DNA from: Sulfurospirillum sp. SCADC
GTDB taxonomy: Bacteria; Campylobacterota; Campylobacteria; Campylobacterales; Sulfurospirillaceae
DNA: 24,000 nucleotides
Assembly (NCBI RefSeq): GCF_000743525.1
Contig: NZ_JQGK01000018.1
Coordinates: forward strand, 23,273-47,272
Direction: 5' to 3'
The first letter of the stretch is position 1. Each line of letters begins with the position of its first letter. Both the position numbers and the translations under genes were made by a program. This document shows positions 1 through 10,665 of this stretch, in pieces. The notes under the pieces were generated by a model. It did not search any database, had not been told where the DNA came from, and was given only the letters and a program-made list of their open reading frames with translations.

Positions 1-987
<987 letters not shown>

Positions 988-1872
988 TTATTTCATAGAT
1001 TCTACACCACTGATAATCTCAATGAGCTCAGTAGTAATAGACTCTTGTCTAGCTTTATTGTATGCCAATGTTAAAATACCAACACGCTCTTTGGCATTGT
1101 TGGTTGCATTTTCCATTGCTTGCATTCTTGCACTGTGTTCAGCTGCGAGTGAATCAATAAGTGCATAATACATATTGTATTCAAAATATTTTTGTAACAA
1201 TGAATCCAAAATCTCTTCACCACTTTCATCAGGCTCTAATTCCATTAAGGAGCTTGTTTCAAGCGTTTCAAGAGGAGATTGTACGGGTACAACATCCACG
1301 ATTTTCAACTCTTGTGAAATCATATTTTTATATCCATTATGGATCAAGATCACTTTGTCAGTTTTCCCCTCAACAAAATCATCAATTGCACCTTTAATAA
1401 TCTCTTGTGCTTTTTCATAACTTGGAGATGAGCTTACGCCTGCATAGGAGGTCAAAAGCTCAGTTCCTTGGAAATTGAAAAATGCCATACCTTTTCTTCC
1501 AACAGCACGAAGTCGAACGGTTACATTTTGGTTTCCATATTCAGCTAAAAGGTTACGGACGGCTTTAATGGTTTGAATATTAAAACCACCACACAAACCT
1601 TTATCTGCGGTCACAAAAATGACATCAATCGTGCTGGGTGTCTCATTTTTATCAAAAAAACGACTCTCAACCGCACCATTTTTGTACTGGTTAATTTTAT
1701 AAGCAATTTCGGAGAGTACTTCGTTAATTTTAACGGCATACACACGTGATTGCTTCGCAGCCATTTCGGCACGTTTTAACTTTGCAGTTGAAACGAGCTT
1801 CATAGCGCGTGTTGTTTTTTGAGTATTCTGAACACTCTTAATTTTTCTTTTTATCTCTTTAAGGTTTGCCAT
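988..1872 (-). CDS. atpG: F0F1 ATP synthase subunit gamma
   Basis: 294 aa. The N-terminus [35 protein letters not shown] and the C-terminus [11 protein letters not shown] are typical gamma-subunit ends. It lies between atpA and atpD. Confidence 0.95.
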   Translation of the reverse strand: MANLKEIKRKIKSVQNTQKTTRAMKLVSTAKLKRAEMAAKQSRVYAVKINEVLSEIAYKINQYKNGAVESRFFDKNETPSTIDVIFVTADKGLCGGFNIQTIKAVRNLLAEYGNQNVTVRLRAVGRKGMAFFNFQGTELLTSYAGVSSSPSYEKAQEIIKGAIDDFVEGKTDKVILIHNGYKNMISQELKIVDVVPVQSPLETLETSSLMELEPDESGEEILDSLLQKYFEYNMYYALIDSLAAEHSARMQAMENATNNAKERVGILTLAYNKARQESITTELIEIISGVESMK

Positions 1873-1881
1873 AGCTGATCC

Positions 1882-3399
1882 TTACTTGACTGCAAACGTC
1901 GCTTTAAACTCGCTCAATGCCTTATGTAATAGCTCTTCAAGCTCTTTATCAATCGCTTTTTTAGCTTTAAGTTGTTCAAAAATATCTGCATACTTTGCTT
2001 CAACATAAGAGTTAAGTTCCACTTCAAAACGGCCTACTGATTTAACATCAATACTGTCTAAGTACCCTTTAGCGCCTGCAAAAATAATCAAAATCTGTTT
2101 TTCAACAGGAATTGGTGCATAAGGAGGTTGTTTTAAGAGTTCAACCATACGTTGACCACGCTCTAATTGTTTACGGCTTGACTCATCAAGATCACTTGCA
2201 AATTGTGCAAATGCTTGAAGCTCACGGTATTGAGCAAGGTCAAGTCTCATCGTACCTGCAACTTGTTTGGTTGCTTTAATTTGTGCCGCACCACCAACAC
2301 GAGAAACCGATAGACCGACGTTAATCGCTGGACGAATACCAGAGTTAAAGAGGTCTGATTCTAAGAAGATCTGACCATCGGTAATAGAGATAACGTTCGT
2401 TGGAATATACGCAGATACGTCGCCTGCTTGTGTTTCAATGATTGGAAGCGCTGTTAGTGAACCTGCACCTAATTCATCATTAACTTTCGCTGCACGCTCA
2501 AGAAGTCTGGAGTGTAGATAAAAAACATCACCAGGGTACGCTTCACGACCCGGAGGACGTCTGAGAATCAATGACATCTCACGGTAAGCAACCGCGTGTT
2601 TTGAAAGATCATCATACACGATTAACGCATGTTTGCCACTGTCTCTAAAAAACTCACCCATAGAAACACCTGCGTATGGAGCTAAGAATTGCATAGCAGC
2701 AGAATCACTTGCGCCCGCATTAACGATGATGGTGTATTCCATAGCGCCGTGTTCTTCAAGTTTTTTAACGACTTGAGCAACGGTTGATTGTTTTTGGCCA
2801 ATGGCTACATAAATACATGTAACGTTTTGACCTTTTTGGTTAATGATGGTATCAAGAGCAATGGTTGTTTTACCCGTTTGTCTATCACCAATAATCAGCT
2901 CTCTTTGACCTCTACCAATTGGCACAAGCGCGTCGATCGCTTTAATACCTGTTTGAAGTGGTTCATGAACGGATTTACGTGCCATAATACCGTGTGCTTT
3001 TTCTTCAACGAAACGTGTTTCAGTGGCGTTGATGGGACCTTTTGCATCAATAGGATCACCGAGTGAATTCACAACACGACCCACCAAGGCTTCACCAACA
3101 GGCACACGAAGAAGTTTTGCCAATCGTTTAACTGAAGAGCCTTCTTTAATCTCATTACAACTACCCAAAACAACGATACCTACACTTGATTCTTCAAGGT
3201 TAAGTGCCATGCCTCTCTCGCCATTTTCAAACTCAACCATTTCACCGGCCATAACGTTTTTCAAACCATAAACGTTTGCAACACCGTCAGCGACAGAGAT
3301 AACCTTACCTGTCTCTTCGATGTCCACATTGAGCTCAAAGTTTTCAATACGCTCTTTAATGATTGAACTGATTTCGTCAGCTTTCATTTTTGCTCCCAC
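1882..3399 (-). CDS. atpA: F0F1 ATP synthase subunit alpha
   Basis: 505 aa with Walker A GDRQTGKT and the alpha-type [16 protein letters not shown]-terminus. The GTG at 3399 sits 6 nt after AAGGAG. The ATG at 3387 is an alternative start. Confidence 0.95.
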   Translation of the reverse strand: MGAKMKADEISSIIKERIENFELNVDIEETGKVISVADGVANVYGLKNVMAGEMVEFENGERGMALNLEESSVGIVVLGSCNEIKEGSSVKRLAKLLRVPVGEALVGRVVNSLGDPIDAKGPINATETRFVEEKAHGIMARKSVHEPLQTGIKAIDALVPIGRGQRELIIGDRQTGKTTIALDTIINQKGQNVTCIYVAIGQKQSTVAQVVKKLEEHGAMEYTIIVNAGASDSAAMQFLAPYAGVSMGEFFRDSGKHALIVYDDLSKHAVAYREMSLILRRPPGREAYPGDVFYLHSRLLERAAKVNDELGAGSLTALPIIETQAGDVSAYIPTNVISITDGQIFLESDLFNSGIRPAINVGLSVSRVGGAAQIKATKQVAGTMRLDLAQYRELQAFAQFASDLDESSRKQLERGQRMVELLKQPPYAPIPVEKQILIIFAGAKGYLDSIDVKSVGRFEVELNSYVEAKYADIFEQLKAKKAIDKELEELLHKALSEFKATFAVK

Positions 3400-3434
3400 A
3401 CATTACTCCTTAACTTTCTTTTATCTATTTATTA

Positions 3435-3965
3435 TTAAATTGCTTTCAAGATATGCTCTGTTAATTGAGCTTTAAGACGCTCAACTGAGAAACTCACTTC
3501 CACACCCAAATCATCTAACTCAACTTTAATACCCGGATAACTGTTTTTGTTTGCATCTAATTTAATTTTAGCATTAAACTTTTTACTGAAATTCTCTTCT
3601 AACATACTCACTTGTGCTGGACTCATTTTAAAGTTTGTTGAGACACTCCCTTCGTACGTATTGTTTTTTAAAGAGAGTTGGTATTTTAACTCTTTAGCAA
3701 CAACCGCAATCAAGGCAAGTCGATCGTTGTGGCTCAGTAATTTGATGAAATTTTGAAATTTCATATTTTGAGTTTCTACCAAAGAGAGTACTAATGCTTC
3801 TTTTGCGTTCACAGAGACATCTGGAGAGAGAATAATGTTATGAAACTTCTCTATCGTAAAGGCCCCAGCCAATTGCGTTAACAAACCATACACTTCTGTT
3901 AATTCCGCATCATTACAGCTGCTCATGAGCGCATTAACATATTTTTTTGCTATTGCTCCACTCAT
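3435..3965 (-). CDS. atpH: F0F1 ATP synthase subunit delta (OSCP)
   Basis: 176 aa. Size and position between atpF and atpA fit. It abuts the atpF stop. Confidence 0.85.
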   Translation of the reverse strand: MSGAIAKKYVNALMSSCNDAELTEVYGLLTQLAGAFTIEKFHNIILSPDVSVNAKEALVLSLVETQNMKFQNFIKLLSHNDRLALIAVVAKELKYQLSLKNNTYEGSVSTNFKMSPAQVSMLEENFSKKFNAKIKLDANKNSYPGIKVELDDLGVEVSFSVERLKAQLTEHILKAI

Positions 3966-4481
3966 TTAGGCAACCTTCTTATTGACAATTTTAACGATTT
4001 CGTCATTGTCTAAAGAGATAGAACCCTCTTTAAACATCTCATCTAAAACTTCACAAACAATGGCTCTTTGCATTTTACGACGCTCAATACTGACACGATC
4101 CTCAAAGGCTCTGCTCAAACTTTCAATTTCGACATCTGCGTCTTGTGCAACTTTATCGGCTAAAAGAAGTGCCTCTTTTTTAGCCGTTTCGACAATGACT
4201 CTTGCATTGGCTTTGGCCTCTTCGACTTTAGCAAGAGCAATCTCTTTTTTGCTATTTGACTCTTTCAATTTGACCTGAATCGAATCTAACTTCGTTGCGA
4301 TCTCATTTTTACGACCTATATACCACTGTTTTGCGGCATCTGCAACGTAATAGTACATAATCGCAGCAAAGATTAAAAAGTTGACAGCTCTTGGAAAAAT
4401 ATCCGTCGATCCGCCACTTTCACCACCGCTGGCTAAAAGCGCCATGGGAGCTAACAAGAGTAAAAAATAGTTTATTTTCAT
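3966..4481 (-). CDS. atpF: F0F1 ATP synthase subunit b
   Basis: 171 aa with an N-terminal hydrophobic segment followed by a long charged coiled-coil (KLKESNSKKEIALAKVEEAKANARV...). Operon position fits. Confidence 0.85.
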   Translation of the reverse strand: MKINYFLLLLAPMALLASGGESGGSTDIFPRAVNFLIFAAIMYYYVADAAKQWYIGRKNEIATKLDSIQVKLKESNSKKEIALAKVEEAKANARVIVETAKKEALLLADKVAQDADVEIESLSRAFEDRVSIERRKMQRAIVCEVLDEMFKEGSISLDNDEIVKIVNKKVA

Positions 4482-4492
4482 CCGTATACTCC

Positions 4493-4915
4493 TTAAATAT
4501 GGCTCAGTTTAGCAGCAACACTCTCTTTGAAAAGAGGCATTTGTGCCAACAGACCATTTTTAAACTCATCCTTTTCTGACTCTAAAGCCTTCAAGAACGT
4601 TACGCTTTGAGCTTCAAGATCACTCTTTTTTTGCTCAACTTTTTTGCCCGCTTTCTCTTTTGCCTCATTCAGTGCAGCTTCTCTAATTTTCGCTGCTTCC
4701 ATTTTTCCTTCAGACAAAATCGTCTCTACTTCTTGATAGTAGGCTACAACGTCACTGGCATTTTTCCCTGCATTTTCTAAATCACGATTAATAGAGTTAT
4801 TTCTATTGTCGATAAACTCCAGAAGGGGTTTGTAAAGCGTTTTGTTAAGAAGTATTAACATCACTAAAAACACAGTTCCAGTCACCAGTAACAGTGCTGG
4901 GATAATATCCAACAT
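4493..4915 (-). CDS. atpF': F0F1 ATP synthase subunit b' (second b-type stalk subunit)
   Basis: 140 aa with a single N-terminal TM helix (IIPALLLVTGTVFLVMLILL) and a charged helix. It is the first gene of the atp cluster, as in Campylobacter and Helicobacter. The RBS AAAGGAG lies upstream. Confidence 0.8.
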   Translation of the reverse strand: MLDIIPALLLVTGTVFLVMLILLNKTLYKPLLEFIDNRNNSINRDLENAGKNASDVVAYYQEVETILSEGKMEAAKIREAALNEAKEKAGKKVEQKKSDLEAQSVTFLKALESEKDEFKNGLLAQMPLFKESVAAKLSHI

Positions 4916-5001
4916 ATTTCTTGCTCCTTTAGCTCGAGATCAGACTCAATTTTTAAGATTTTTTAGCACAAACAAGATTGCTGTATCAAAATTTTGCGCG
5001 A

Positions 5002-5010
5002 ATTGTAACA
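5002..5010 (-). promoter_or_regulatory. Candidate extended -10 (TGTTACAAT) for the atp operon
   Basis: The minus strand reads ...TTTTCCTTTGCTGTGTTACAAT..., with a T-rich upstream tract, in the 139-nt gap between the parB stop and the atpF' start. This is sequence resemblance only. Confidence 0.35.
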
Positions 5011-5054
5011 CAGCAAAGGAAAATAGTTTATTAAATGAACCGACGCAACTCGTT

Positions 5055-5915
5055 TTATGACTTCAATTGCTCCAAAAAAGTATAAATTGCTTCACCGTTT
5101 TTAAAATGGATGGTAATGGTATTTGCTTTAGGTTTTGCCTCAAAGCCAAGCTCTTTTAGCCTGCTTGTGAGTGTTTGGAGCTCTTCAGGAATTGAGGGAA
5201 CGGTCTTTTCTACTTTACCAATTAACTCGTCACTACTTTTAAGCTTTTTCACTAACGCTTCGGTTTCACGGACACTGAGCTTTTGACCTAAAATGGTGTT
5301 GACAATCGTCTCTTCATCTTTAGGCTCAAGTCCTACCAAAACTTTGGCATGACCTTGGGAGAGAACACCTTCTGCAAGGTATTTTTTGGTTTGGTCGCTT
5401 AAGCTCAGCAACCGAATCGTGTTGGTGATTTGGGTTCGGCTTTTATGGATAATCTCAGAGAGTCCATCTTGCGTTATTTTATACTCTTCAATGAGTTCTT
5501 TATAAGCGATGGCAAGTTCAACGGGATTAAGATCTTCTCTTTGAATATTTTCAATCAGTGCTAATTCACGCAGATTCTTTGATTCGATGTCTGCAACAAT
5601 GGCTTTAATTTTTGTAAAGCCTGCTAGTTTGCTCGCACGTAAACGACGCTCACCTGCAAGAAGCATATAGCCATCATCTTTGGCAACCACAATGATGGGT
5701 TGGAGTAACCCATGGCGCTTAATCGATTCGCTAAGCTCTTTTAAAGCAACTTCATTAAAATGTGTTCGTGGTTGGTAAGGATTTGGGGTAATACGCTCAA
5801 TGGCAATGTCACGAACCAAATCTTTTGCTTGCTCAATATCTTGTTTGTATGCCTCTTCGACATCTTCGATAATCGCACTCAGTCCTCGTCCTAAAACCTT
5901 CTTTGCACTCATCAC
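5055..5915 (-). CDS. parB: Chromosome partitioning protein ParB/Spo0J
   Basis: 286 aa with the ParB motifs GLLQPIIV and LLAGERRLRA and an HTH region. The track start is a GTG at 5915, and an ATG follows at 5912. Confidence 0.9.
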   Translation of the reverse strand: MMSAKKVLGRGLSAIIEDVEEAYKQDIEQAKDLVRDIAIERITPNPYQPRTHFNEVALKELSESIKRHGLLQPIIVVAKDDGYMLLAGERRLRASKLAGFTKIKAIVADIESKNLRELALIENIQREDLNPVELAIAYKELIEEYKITQDGLSEIIHKSRTQITNTIRLLSLSDQTKKYLAEGVLSQGHAKVLVGLEPKDEETIVNTILGQKLSVRETEALVKKLKSSDELIGKVEKTVPSIPEELQTLTSRLKELGFEAKPKANTITIHFKNGEAIYTFLEQLKS

Positions 5916-5916
5916 G

Positions 5917-6702
5917 TTAACTCACTAAAATCGAATTGGCAAGATTTTGGTACGCTTTAGAACCTGGAGATTCTACATCGTATAAAATAATCGGTTTGCC
6001 AAAACTTGGGGATTCTGCGAGTTTGATATTGCGTGGAATGACCACATACGAAGCACTCTCTTTGTCCACAAACAGTTTGCTTTTAAAATGCTCTTTCAGA
6101 TCGGCAAAGACTTGTTTTGAGAGGTTGTTTTGGGTGCTATACATGGTCGGTAAAAAGCCTTTAATTTCCAGTGTCGGGTTAATCGTTTTTTTAATCAGTT
6201 TCACGGTATTGAGTAACTGCGCCAAACCTTCCAATGCAAAAAATTCGCACTGAATCGGGATAATCACAGAGTTTGCAGCACTCAGTGCATTAATTGTAAT
6301 GCTTCCAAGGGCTGGAGGTGAATCGATGATGATATAATCGTATTGATCTTTAATCTCTTCAATTTTCGTTTTCAAAATAAGCTCGCGACCCTTGGTATTG
6401 TTATCGTAAAACTCTTTTTCAACTCCCACAAGCCCAATATTCGATGGCGCTACATGTAAGGTTGAAAGTGACGTCTCAAGAATGACTTGCGAAAGACGTT
6501 TTCTGCCGATAAGCACGTGATAGATGTTGTACTCATAGTCGCTTCTGTGAAAACCAAGACCGGTTGTCGCATTGGCTTGAGGGTCAATATCGATCAATAA
6601 CACGCGCTTTTCAGCAACTGCTAAGGAGGCAGCCAAATTGATAGCGGTCGTTGTTTTACCAACACCACCCTTTTGATTTGCTATCGCTATAATCTCACTC
6701 AT
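5917..6702 (-). CDS. parA: Chromosome partitioning ATPase ParA/Soj
   Basis: 261 aa with the deviant Walker A NQKGGVGKTTTAINLA. It lies directly upstream of parB, and its start overlaps the birA stop (ATGA). Confidence 0.9.
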   Translation of the reverse strand: MSEIIAIANQKGGVGKTTTAINLAASLAVAEKRVLLIDIDPQANATTGLGFHRSDYEYNIYHVLIGRKRLSQVILETSLSTLHVAPSNIGLVGVEKEFYDNNTKGRELILKTKIEEIKDQYDYIIIDSPPALGSITINALSAANSVIIPIQCEFFALEGLAQLLNTVKLIKKTINPTLEIKGFLPTMYSTQNNLSKQVFADLKEHFKSKLFVDKESASYVVIPRNIKLAESPSFGKPIILYDVESPGSKAYQNLANSILVS

Positions 6703-7352
6703 CGTAAACTGTACACCTTTTTATTTTCTAGCTCTATAGAGCCATCATCACACAATATCGCGTCACGTAACGAGACCAATTTGCCATCCAAATGGAAAGA
6801 AAAGTTTCGATTTTGGTCAAATTCTATCTTATATTTACTAAAAACTTTCTTCCACGATATTTTTTCCTCAACCTTTGTAACTAAATCTTCGGCTAAAGCT
6901 TTGGGTGTAACGATAATATCTAAAGTCCCGAAATTTTCAGGTGCGCTACACAGATTAAGTCCGATAGAACCTACAATTGTAGCACCCGTTTTGGTGGTGA
7001 TCATTCCTCCAATTTTTTTCGTGTCACAGTAAAAATCATTGGGCCATTTTAGCCATACTGACGAGCCTTTTTCTTCTAAAATCTGCTTCACTAAAGCAGA
7101 AAAATAGATCGAAACAGAGGCTAATGGCAAATCGAGTGGTAACTGTTTCTCTTCGACACAAAATGAGAAAAAGAGATTTCCCGCTTTTCCAACCCAAGCG
7201 TTACCACGACTGCCCACCCCATTGGTTTGTGTCGTAGCACCGATGGCACATGGTGCAAGAAGTGTACCTTCGCGAAGCGAGGTGATGAGATGTTGATGCG
7301 TGGACTCTAAAGAATCAAACCAGTGTATCACCAATGTTAAGCCTTTTTCCAC
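6699..7352 (-). CDS. birA: Biotin--[acetyl-CoA-carboxylase] ligase (group I, no DNA-binding domain)
   Basis: 217 aa with the motif TNGVGSRGNAWV (GxGRxGxxW type) and DSLESTHQ near the N-terminus. The ATG at 7352 overlaps the fmt 3' end by 38 nt. In-frame TTG and GTG codons a few codons downstream would shorten the overlap. Confidence 0.85.
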   Translation of the reverse strand: MEKGLTLVIHWFDSLESTHQHLITSLREGTLLAPCAIGATTQTNGVGSRGNAWVGKAGNLFFSFCVEEKQLPLDLPLASVSIYFSALVKQILEEKGSSVWLKWPNDFYCDTKKIGGMITTKTGATIVGSIGLNLCSAPENFGTLDIIVTPKALAEDLVTKVEEKISWKKVFSKYKIEFDQNRNFSFHLDGKLVSLRDAILCDDGSIELENKKVYSLR

Positions 7353-8232
7353 GTATATAATCTACTGCACTCATCGCATTTTTGGAGATCGGCTGAAGGG
7401 TTTTAAGCAGCAAAGAACCCTTTTTACATGTAAGGATAATTCCCTCCGGTTTGATCGCTTGAATAACGCTACCAAGGGTATTTTCTTTGTCATCATGGTA
7501 TTCAAGCTCTAGCAGTTTTAGCCCCGATTCCAAGTAAAGTCCTGGCCAAGGAGAGAGTGCTTTAAAGCGTGTCACTATCGCTTGAGCACTTTGCTCAAAA
7601 GAGACTAAACCATCCTCTTTTTTGATCTTTTTACAATGGGTTGCATTAGCACTGATTTGGGTTAAAGGCGAGATGGAATGAAAATTTTCAAGGGTCACAA
7701 CGGTTAGTTTTGCCGCGAGTGTAGCAAGGGCATCAAACAAAAGTGTCGAAGTGTGTTTAGATTCAATTTTAAGGTATGAAAATCCAAGCATTGCACCCGT
7801 ATCAAGCCCCTCTTCTATAAGCATTGAGGTCACGCCTGCATAGGTTTCATTGGCTAAAAGGGTCGATTGAATCGGACTTGCACCTCGGTATTTTGGAAGC
7901 AGCGAAGCGTGAAGGTTGATGCAAGGCGCAATAGCAAGAATTGCTTTAGGCAAAATCTGACCGTATGCTGCCACTACGATAAAATCAGGCTTTAAGGCAG
8001 CAATCTTGGCGTGAGCTTCATCTCCTCGCAGTGATTTTGGCTGATAAATTTCTACATGTAAACCTTGTTCAAACAACCATGCTTTTGTATGTGGAGGTGT
8101 CAGTACCTGTTTTCGCCCGACGGGTTTGTCTTCTTGCGTCACCAAAAGCACCACTTCAATGTCAGAGTTTTTTAGAAGTGCTTCTAAAATCGTCGTGGCA
8201 TAAGAGGGAGTCCCCATAAAAACAATGCGCAT
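7315..8232 (-). CDS. fmt: Methionyl-tRNA formyltransferase
   Basis: MRIVFMGTP... with the motif HASLLPKYRGASPIQ. I place the start at the ATG at 8232, preceded by ACGAAGGATTAAG (RBS), rather than the track's upstream alternative start at 8262. Confidence 0.9.
   Translation of the reverse strand: MRIVFMGTPSYATTILEALLKNSDIEVVLLVTQEDKPVGRKQVLTPPHTKAWLFEQGLHVEIYQPKSLRGDEAHAKIAALKPDFIVVAAYGQILPKAILAIAPCINLHASLLPKYRGASPIQSTLLANETYAGVTSMLIEEGLDTGAMLGFSYLKIESKHTSTLLFDALATLAAKLTVVTLENFHSISPLTQISANATHCKKIKKEDGLVSFEQSAQAIVTRFKALSPWPGLYLESGLKLLELEYHDDKENTLGSVIQAIKPEGIILTCKKGSLLLKTLQPISKNAMSAVDYIRGKRLNIGDTLV
7423..7434. repeat. Iterated palindrome copy TTTACATGTAAG (11/12)
   Basis: Inside fmt, encoded as L-T-C-K. 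Confidence 0.9.
8051..8062. repeat. Iterated palindrome copy TCTACATGTAAA (11/12)
   Basis: Inside fmt, encoded as L-H-V-E. Confidence 0.8.
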
Positions 8233-8301
8233 CTTAATCCTTCGTATAGGTTCATTCTTCACATAAATACTTCGGTTCCAACCCTATAAAAATGAAGAAG
8301 T

Positions 8302-9069
8302 TTACTTTTCACATGTAAAGAGTGTTCCACCTTTATGAACGCCCTCTAGCATATAACTTTTGACATCGCTTAAATCAAAACCATTCGCGATAAACATCGA
8401 TTTTTCACGCTCTAGCAAAAAGTCTGCCGCTTTGAGTTTGGTCACGATGCCGCCCGTTGCAAAAGCAAAATTGGCCGATTTCTCAACTTCCAATTCGCAA
8501 GGATCTATCGCATGGACAATTTTGCGCATCGTCGCATCGGCATGTTTGTGAGGGTCTTTGTCGTAGTAGCCATCAATATCGGAGAGTAAGATCAAAAGAT
8601 CCGCTCCAAAATAATACGCGACGCGTGAAGAGAGTTGATCGTTATCACCAAAAACAAGCTCTTCCGTTGCCGTCGCATCATTTTCGTTGATGATGGGGAG
8701 GATACCATTTTCAAGCAATGTGTCAATCGTACATTTCGCATGGTAACAGCGTTTTCGTGAGTCAAAATCATCCGCCGTTAAAAGCAGTTGCGCACCACTT
8801 TTCCCAAATTTTTCTAACTTTTTATTGTATGTAGCCATGAGTTGGGGTTGCCCAACAGCAGCAATGGCTTGGCGATTGTGCAATAATTTTTTATCCAACT
8901 TCAAAATGGAATAGCCAGCAGCCACAGCCCCCGAAGAGACTAAAATGACTTCATGCTTCTCCATCAGTGCGACTAAAAATTCCACCAAATTTAAAATGCG
9001 CTCTTTACATAAACGGTTTTGCTCGCTTAATACGTGCGTGCCAACCTTAACGACTACTCTTCTCATCAC
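8302..9069 (-). CDS. proB: Glutamate 5-kinase
   Basis: 255 aa with VVKVGTHVL and VSSGAVAAG, typical of the amino-acid kinase family. There is no PUA domain. It overlaps the obg 3' end by 23 nt. Confidence 0.9.
   Translation of the reverse strand: MMRRVVVKVGTHVLSEQNRLCKERILNLVEFLVALMEKHEVILVSSGAVAAGYSILKLDKKLLHNRQAIAAVGQPQLMATYNKKLEKFGKSGAQLLLTADDFDSRKRCYHAKCTIDTLLENGILPIINENDATATEELVFGDNDQLSSRVAYYFGADLLILLSDIDGYYDKDPHKHADATMRKIVHAIDPCELEVEKSANFAFATGGIVTKLKAADFLLEREKSMFIANGFDLSDVKSYMLEGVHKGGTLFTCEK
8308..8319. repeat. Iterated palindrome copy TTCACATGTAAA (11/12)
   Basis: Inside proB, in the last codons, encoded as F-T-C-E. Confidence 0.8.
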
Positions 9070-10153
9070 GAACCTTTGTTATAACATCGGATAGGGCATA
9101 CTTGATCGAATCAACGTTGATTTTAGAGACCGAAGAGAGTGGCATCACAAAAAAGGGCAATGCTCGCTCTCTCTCATGGACATCTTGACCATACGAATGC
9201 AAGTCTTCTCTCGTTTTATATTTATGCGTAAATTCATTGGCTTCAAGCCCTAAGAGTCTTAAAAATTGATCCACTTTTTCATTGATTTCATCGGGTGTTA
9301 AGGTGTCACAACGTGTCAGTGCAATCGCGTAATCACGGTGTGCTAATTTTTCAGAAAAGTTACGAAGTTCTTGTTGCAACGTGTAGTATTGCTCTTTAAG
9401 ATCACGGTAATTAGCAAGATCAATCATAAACAGTAAAAACTTCGTACGCTCAATATGGCGTAAGAACTCAATTCCTAGCCCTTTGCCTTCACTAGCTCCT
9501 CCAATAATACCTGGAATGTCCGCCATCACATACGTGCGGAAATCATCGGTGACAACCACACCCAGTTTGGGTGTTAACGTTGTAAATTCATAATTGGCAA
9601 TTTCAGGTTGTGCATTAGAGACAACTGAAATCAGCGTTGATTTGCCTACATTTGGAAACCCAACCAGTCCAACATCCGCGATCAATTTAAGCTCTAATTT
9701 AATCTCTTTCGTGATTCCAGGGCGACCAGGTTGTGCAAATTCAGGGCGTTGATTGGTCGAACTTTTAAAGTGAGTGTTTCCAAGCCCTCCCATGCCACCT
9801 TCTAAAAAGAGTTTTTTTTCACTGTCATCGACAAGATCTAAAAGCACCTCTTTCGTTTCAGCATCCAATACTTGGGTTCCAGGAGGAACAGATATAACAA
9901 GATGTTCTCCCATTTTGCCATACATTTTGCGTCCCATACCTGCTTCGCCATTTTTGGCTTTGAGGTGTTGGTTGTTTCTAAAATGCGAAAGCGTATGGGT
10001 ATTTTTATCCACTTCAAAATAGACATTGCCGCCACGACCGCCATCTCCACCATCAGGACCGCCTTGGATAACATGCTTTTCTCTACGGAAAGAGACGGAA
10101 CCTGGGCCTCCTTTTCCGGAGCTGAGTGTGAGTGATACATTGTCTATAAACAT
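9047..10153 (-). CDS. obg: GTPase Obg/CgtA
   Basis: 368 aa with the Obg-fold glycine-rich region [12 protein letters not shown] and the G1 motif GFPNVGKST. Confidence 0.95.
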   Translation of the reverse strand: MFIDNVSLTLSSGKGGPGSVSFRREKHVIQGGPDGGDGGRGGNVYFEVDKNTHTLSHFRNNQHLKAKNGEAGMGRKMYGKMGEHLVISVPPGTQVLDAETKEVLLDLVDDSEKKLFLEGGMGGLGNTHFKSSTNQRPEFAQPGRPGITKEIKLELKLIADVGLVGFPNVGKSTLISVVSNAQPEIANYEFTTLTPKLGVVVTDDFRTYVMADIPGIIGGASEGKGLGIEFLRHIERTKFLLFMIDLANYRDLKEQYYTLQQELRNFSEKLAHRDYAIALTRCDTLTPDEINEKVDQFLRLLGLEANEFTHKYKTREDLHSYGQDVHERERALPFFVMPLSSVSKINVDSIKYALSDVITKVRDEKSSR

Positions 10154-10182
10154 CGTAAAAACCTTTTAATATAAAGAGTAAT

Positions 10183-10228
10183 AATACCTTTAATCATTAC
10201 ATGTAAACGTATAATCATTAGAGGTATT
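10183..10228. promoter_or_regulatory. 46-bp imperfect inverted repeat in the obg upstream region (function unknown)
   Basis: AATACCTTTAATCATTA (10183-10199) pairs with TAATCATTAGAGGTATT (10212-10228) at 15 of 17 positions. It contains two copies of the 9-mer TAATCATTA spaced 21 bp apart and overlaps one iterated-palindrome copy. Confidence 0.6.
10196..10207. repeat. Iterated palindrome copy ATTACATGTAAA (11/12)
   Basis: Intergenic, between the rpmA terminator and the obg start. Confidence 0.9.
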
Positions 10229-10241
10229 TTTGTTTTGAGGG

Positions 10242-10269
10242 AAAAAAGAAGGGTGGAGAAAACTCCACC
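10242..10269 (-). terminator. Rho-independent terminator after rpmA
   Basis: The minus strand reads TAA-TGTAAA-GGTGGAG-TTTT-CTCCACC-CTTCTTTTTT. This is a 7-bp GC-rich stem, a 4-nt loop and a U-tract, beginning 6 nt after the rpmA stop. Confidence 0.75.
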
Positions 10270-10275
10270 TTTACA

Positions 10276-10536
10276 TTATAAGCTTGCGGGGATAACAGAA
10301 ACTTTGTTTCTAATTTTATCTTTACGTTGGAATTGTACAAAACCATCGATTAATGCGTAGATCGTGTGATCAACACCGATGCCTACGTTATTTCCTACAT
10401 GTACTTTTGTTCCACGTTGACGAATAATAATATTGCCTGCGCGTACAAATTCACCACCAAATTTTTTAACACCCAGTCTACGTCCAGCTGAGTCTCTATT
10501 ATTCTGGGTACTTCCCTGACCTTTCTTGTGAGCCAT
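10276..10536 (-). CDS. rpmA: 50S ribosomal protein L27
   Basis: 86 aa starting [24 protein letters not shown], which is diagnostic of L27. Confidence 0.95.
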   Translation of the reverse strand: MAHKKGQGSTQNNRDSAGRRLGVKKFGGEFVRAGNIIIRQRGTKVHVGNNVGIGVDHTIYALIDGFVQFQRKDKIRNKVSVIPASL

Positions 10537-10566
10537 TGGTTACTCCTAATTTTTTGTATCTTAAAT

Positions 10567-10586
10567 CGGAGTTTTGAAAAACTCCG
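10567..10586. other. Perfect hairpin CGGAGTTTT-GA-AAAACTCCG in the rplU-rpmA spacer
   Basis: 9-bp inverted repeat read directly from the sequence. It lies 31 nt upstream of the rpmA start on the transcript and has no U-tract. Confidence 0.6.
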
Positions 10587-10590
10587 TTAC

Positions 10591-10665
10591 ACGCTTAAAA
10601 AGCAAGCTTTTCAAGCTACGTTAGCCACTACGGCACTAAAGCTAGCCAACTGAAGTTGGCAGAAT
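10591..10665. repeat. Structured intergenic element, copy A (homologous to 23724-23794)
   Basis: Both copies share the blocks ACGCTT, AAGCTT, AAGCTACG, CTAAAGCT and GGCAGAA in the same order. Copy A has two hairpins, at 10593-10616 and 10645-10660. Confidence 0.6.

Noticed and set aside
6673-7032. Plus-strand 119-aa ORF opposite birA
   Set aside because: It is antisense to birA, which carries the biotin-ligase GxGRxG-type motif. It has no start context, so it is a shadow ORF.
10190-10220. TAATCATTA boxes as a Fur box
   Set aside because: There is only a loose resemblance to nATwAT hexamers. There is no 19-bp consensus match and no iron-related gene nearby. It is reported as an unexplained inverted repeat instead.
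10567-10586. Perfect 9-bp hairpin read as an intrinsic terminator between rplU and rpmA
   Set aside because: No U-tract follows on either strand, and termination here would cut rpmA off from its only obvious promoter. A convincing terminator exists after rpmA at 10242-10269. The hairpin is kept as a structural feature of unknown role.
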